Shown: positions 61,490 to 64,000 of the stretch, one piece after another | How positions within the stretch are numbered: the stretch's first letter is position 1 | How the letters are laid out: each line of letters begins with the position of its first letter | Assembly (NCBI GenBank): GCA_024693285.1 | Contig: JAILLE010000019.1 | Coordinates: 45,701 to 109,700 of the forward strand | DNA length: 64,000 nucleotides | Direction: 5' to 3' | DNA from: Bacteroidales bacterium | GTDB lineage: Bacteria; Bacteroidota; Bacteroidia; Bacteroidales; UBA932 | Program-made: the position numbers and the translations under genes | Notes under the pieces: generated by a model | Told to the model about the DNA's origin: nothing | Seen by the model: the letters and a program-made list of their open reading frames with translations, nothing else | Databases searched by the model: none

Positions 61490-63097
61490 TTACTTGAAAT
61501 TGAATCTTATGTCCGCCGGAATATTCACAGAGCGGAGGTTCCACAGGTCTTCATCGTAGTCTTCTCCGCGTTTCGAGTACTTGCTCTCAAATGCCAAAGC
61601 GCCTTCACGGTCGCCTGTGGCTTGTGTCTTGAGGATAAAGGCGGTGAGGTCAGATAGCGCGTTCTCCATTTTATCCAAATTCAACTCGTACAGCCCCGAA
61701 GGTTTATGCTTGAATGCGCCTGCTTCTTTGAGATAGTTGTAGATAATCACACTGCTGCGACCAAGAGCTGAGGCTTCTCCAAAACGCTCGGAACGAACGA
61801 TGGAGGCGAAGAAGGTCGTAAGGACATCATCCCTGTAGAAATAATGGTTATGGATGTCGAAGTGTTTCTGGAGTTTGCAGACAAGAAGGGCACTGGCGGC
61901 ATTCGACTTCAACTCTTCAAACGTCGCGGCGGCGCTTCCAAGAGCCTGCTCCACGCTACCCAAACCGTTGACGGTTTCCTTTACGCCAAGTTCGTGGGCC
62001 ACCTCGCGGAACACGATGGTCCAGAAGAAGGCGTCAGATGAAAGGTGCTCAGCTGTTTCCGCATCCAAAAGACGTTCACCGGTGGGGGCGATGATTTTGT
62101 CGTATTTAGCCTTGATGACGTTCTGAAGCAATATTGTACGGGTTCCGCGGTCCCTTTGGACATCAGCGTCAAATGGCAGGTTCAGGGCGATGACCTTAAC
62201 ACCAGCATTGGCCTTTCCGGCATAGTACAGGGCGTCGCAAGAGAATATGTTTGAGCCGGTTCCGGGCTGGAAGGTCTTATACTCAGGGTCACCAGGAAGG
62301 TCTTCCTGCAACTCTGAGATGCGGGAAACATATTGCATCAGCTCATTGGTTTGCGCCTCGTTCTTAAGCAGGACGTAAGCCTCATAGGAGCGCTTGATGC
62401 CCAGAAGCTGATCATCCGTGACCTCATTAGGGCCTATGACAAGATCCATTTTGCTGTCATCCATATCCAGCCAGGCGATAGAGCTATCGTAATAGCTGTC
62501 TGTCTTGAGAGCTTCGGCTTTTGCCAAGAGATAATCCCTCACGCTGGGCTTGATCGTGACGTCGGCCGCAACCTTTAAGTAATTGTCAATCTTTTCGATA
62601 TAGGTTTTATAAGCATCATGATACCATACAGCTTCAAGAGAGCCGTTAGCCGCGCGACGGATAAGGGTATAAGGACTGTTCTTGTCGGGATTGTCCCAGG
62701 CTTCGAACTCTTCCACCGTCATATCCGTGGGATAAAATCCGGCTCCGGCCGGCCGGTCGTCGTAGCCTTCCACGAACGAGTTGCCATTGGTGCGGTCCCA
62801 CGGGCCGTAGTTGATTTCGGCAAAAGTCTTTTGGAGAGGATCGGTTATCCCGTCAAGCAGAGCCTGTTTGTCACCGAAATACTGTTTCCAGTAAATGGAA
62901 TCAACCACATCAGCCGCATAGCGGTAAAGTCTGAGAACCTCCTTCCCGTGATCAGTAATGTTGCTCAAGTCCGGAGCGTCAAAAGTGACAACCGCATAAT
63001 CCGAGACTTTGCGGGTGAAGGGAGATTCGGGTGATTCAGCACAGGATACTGCTACTACAAGTGATACAACAGCAAGAAGCAAATACTTTTTCATCAT
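61490..63097 (-). CDS. Peptidase M49 (dipeptidyl-peptidase III)-like lipoprotein with a degenerate zinc motif
   Basis: Lipobox AVSC; INYGPWDR, GAGFYP, SPYTLIRR, IGPNE, IALNLP; REVAHELG where HExxH is expected. Confidence 0.82.
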   Translation of the reverse strand: MMKKYLLLAVVSLVVAVSCAESPESPFTRKVSDYAVVTFDAPDLSNITDHGKEVLRLYRYAADVVDSIYWKQYFGDKQALLDGITDPLQKTFAEINYGPWDRTNGNSFVEGYDDRPAGAGFYPTDMTVEEFEAWDNPDKNSPYTLIRRAANGSLEAVWYHDAYKTYIEKIDNYLKVAADVTIKPSVRDYLLAKAEALKTDSYYDSSIAWLDMDDSKMDLVIGPNEVTDDQLLGIKRSYEAYVLLKNEAQTNELMQYVSRISELQEDLPGDPEYKTFQPGTGSNIFSCDALYYAGKANAGVKVIALNLPFDADVQRDRGTRTILLQNVIKAKYDKIIAPTGERLLDAETAEHLSSDAFFWTIVFREVAHELGVKETVNGLGSVEQALGSAAATFEELKSNAASALLVCKLQKHFDIHNHYFYRDDVLTTFFASIVRSERFGEASALGRSSVIIYNYLKEAGAFKHKPSGLYELNLDKMENALSDLTAFILKTQATGDREGALAFESKYSKRGEDYDEDLWNLRSVNIPADIRFNFK

Positions 63098-63224
63098 GAT
63101 GATCTTTTATACAAATATGGCTTATTTTGGTAAAATAACATTCATTATTAGACATAATTTCGTGATTAAAAGGTCAGAATTAGTGTTTTTGTTATATTTG
63201 AATAACAAATCAAAAGCATTTTTT

Positions 63225-63755
63225 ATGAGAAGAGTCATAGTTATATTCTTGCTTCTGTTCTTTTCAATTGGCGCATGGGCTCAGTATGCCGGGAGCGGAA
63301 CTATAAGAAGGGTTGGCTCTCACATTGAGATGGATGGAGAACGACTTTCTCCTGAGGCGCAAACAGCCCTGTTGGCTGATATTTGTGGACAGGATTATAA
63401 CTCTATATGGCAGCAGGCCAGGAAGGGCAGGAATACTGGCCTTGGACTTGTCATAGGTGGTGGTGTGGCTGTCATTGGCGGTGGCGCGTCATTACTGATT
63501 GGAGCGACCGCCAGTGTGATTGGAGCGGCTGTGGGTGGAACGGTAGGAAGCATCGGCGGGCAAGAGAGTGCGCAACATGGCGCTGAAGAGGGTGCGCGGG
63601 CAGGAAAACCATTGATTACCGCAGGGTTGATAACCACAGGGCTTGGAATAGTGTCCGCAGGTGTAGGTATTCCACTTCTTGTGAAGAGCAACAAGACACT
63701 TAGTGGTGTAGTTGACACCTATAACAACGGCATCGGCCTGGCCTTGAGATTCTAG
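63225..63755 (+). CDS. Hypothetical protein with Gly-rich hydrophobic segments
   Basis: ATG 63225 preceded by TATATTTG (63193-63200); signal peptide; glycine-zipper-like stretches. Confidence 0.75.
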   Translation: MRRVIVIFLLLFFSIGAWAQYAGSGTIRRVGSHIEMDGERLSPEAQTALLADICGQDYNSIWQQARKGRNTGLGLVIGGGVAVIGGGASLLIGATASVIGAAVGGTVGSIGGQESAQHGAEEGARAGKPLITAGLITTGLGIVSAGVGIPLLVKSNKTLSGVVDTYNNGIGLALRF

Positions 63756-63763
63756 TTTTGTTT

Positions 63764-64000
63764 ATGCGTAGTTCATTGTCTGTATTCATTTGCATTACTC
63801 TGTTTTCAGCTTTTTGCGGTGCGCAGGTGCCTTATCGGCAGACTGTGCCGGACATCAAGTATTCCGTCAGCGGGGAAAGGAAACTGTCCAGGTTGTCAAA
63901 TGATGATGCCCTATTCACAATCCTGGTTTTCGAGGATGCGAACGTGCCCAAAGAAACGCTTCCGGTTTGGTATACAGATGAGTTGATCAAGCCGTATTTC
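63764..64000 (+). CDS. 5' part of a hypothetical secreted protein (runs off the window edge)
   Basis: Not in the ORF track. Open frame MRSSLSVFICITLFSAFCGAQVPYRQTVPD... to the window end, starting 8 nt after the previous stop. Confidence 0.65.
   Translation, partial: MRSSLSVFICITLFSAFCGAQVPYRQTVPDIKYSVSGERKLSRLSNDDALFTILVFEDANVPKETLPVWYTDELIKPYF

Overview
A 64-kb chromosomal segment of a Bacteroidales-type bacterium. The assignment rests on a susC/susD pair, TAnnTTTG-type promoters, no obvious Shine-Dalgarno use and many lipoproteins; a gut or rumen lineage is inferred from the CAZyme set. Carbohydrate genes: the edge of a PUL (partial GH16, susD, susC), two GH92s, a GH10-CE1 fusion, a second GH16 and other hydrolases. 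Also present are an SGNH-SGNH-MBOAT O-acetylation cluster, secDF, aspA, eno, a CzcCBA-like heavy-metal RND efflux operon, metY-metX, nagA, phosphoesterases and hypotheticals. No rRNA, tRNA, CRISPR array or transposase was seen. Three signals stand out. (1) A 121-aa His/Cys-rich ORF with a membrane-targeting N-terminus ends in RGPP directly upstream of the efflux operon. Its last codons and stop form a perfect 12-bp stem with the region just upstream of the next start codon, making it a candidate metal-sensing ribosome-arrest leader. (2) A family of REP-like palindromes (core CTTCG-N5-CTCAG) has all six visible copies inside reading frames, including a ~47-aa in-frame insertion in the MBOAT. 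(3) A 124-bp MITE-like structured element. All protein calls come from motif recognition by eye, not from database searches.
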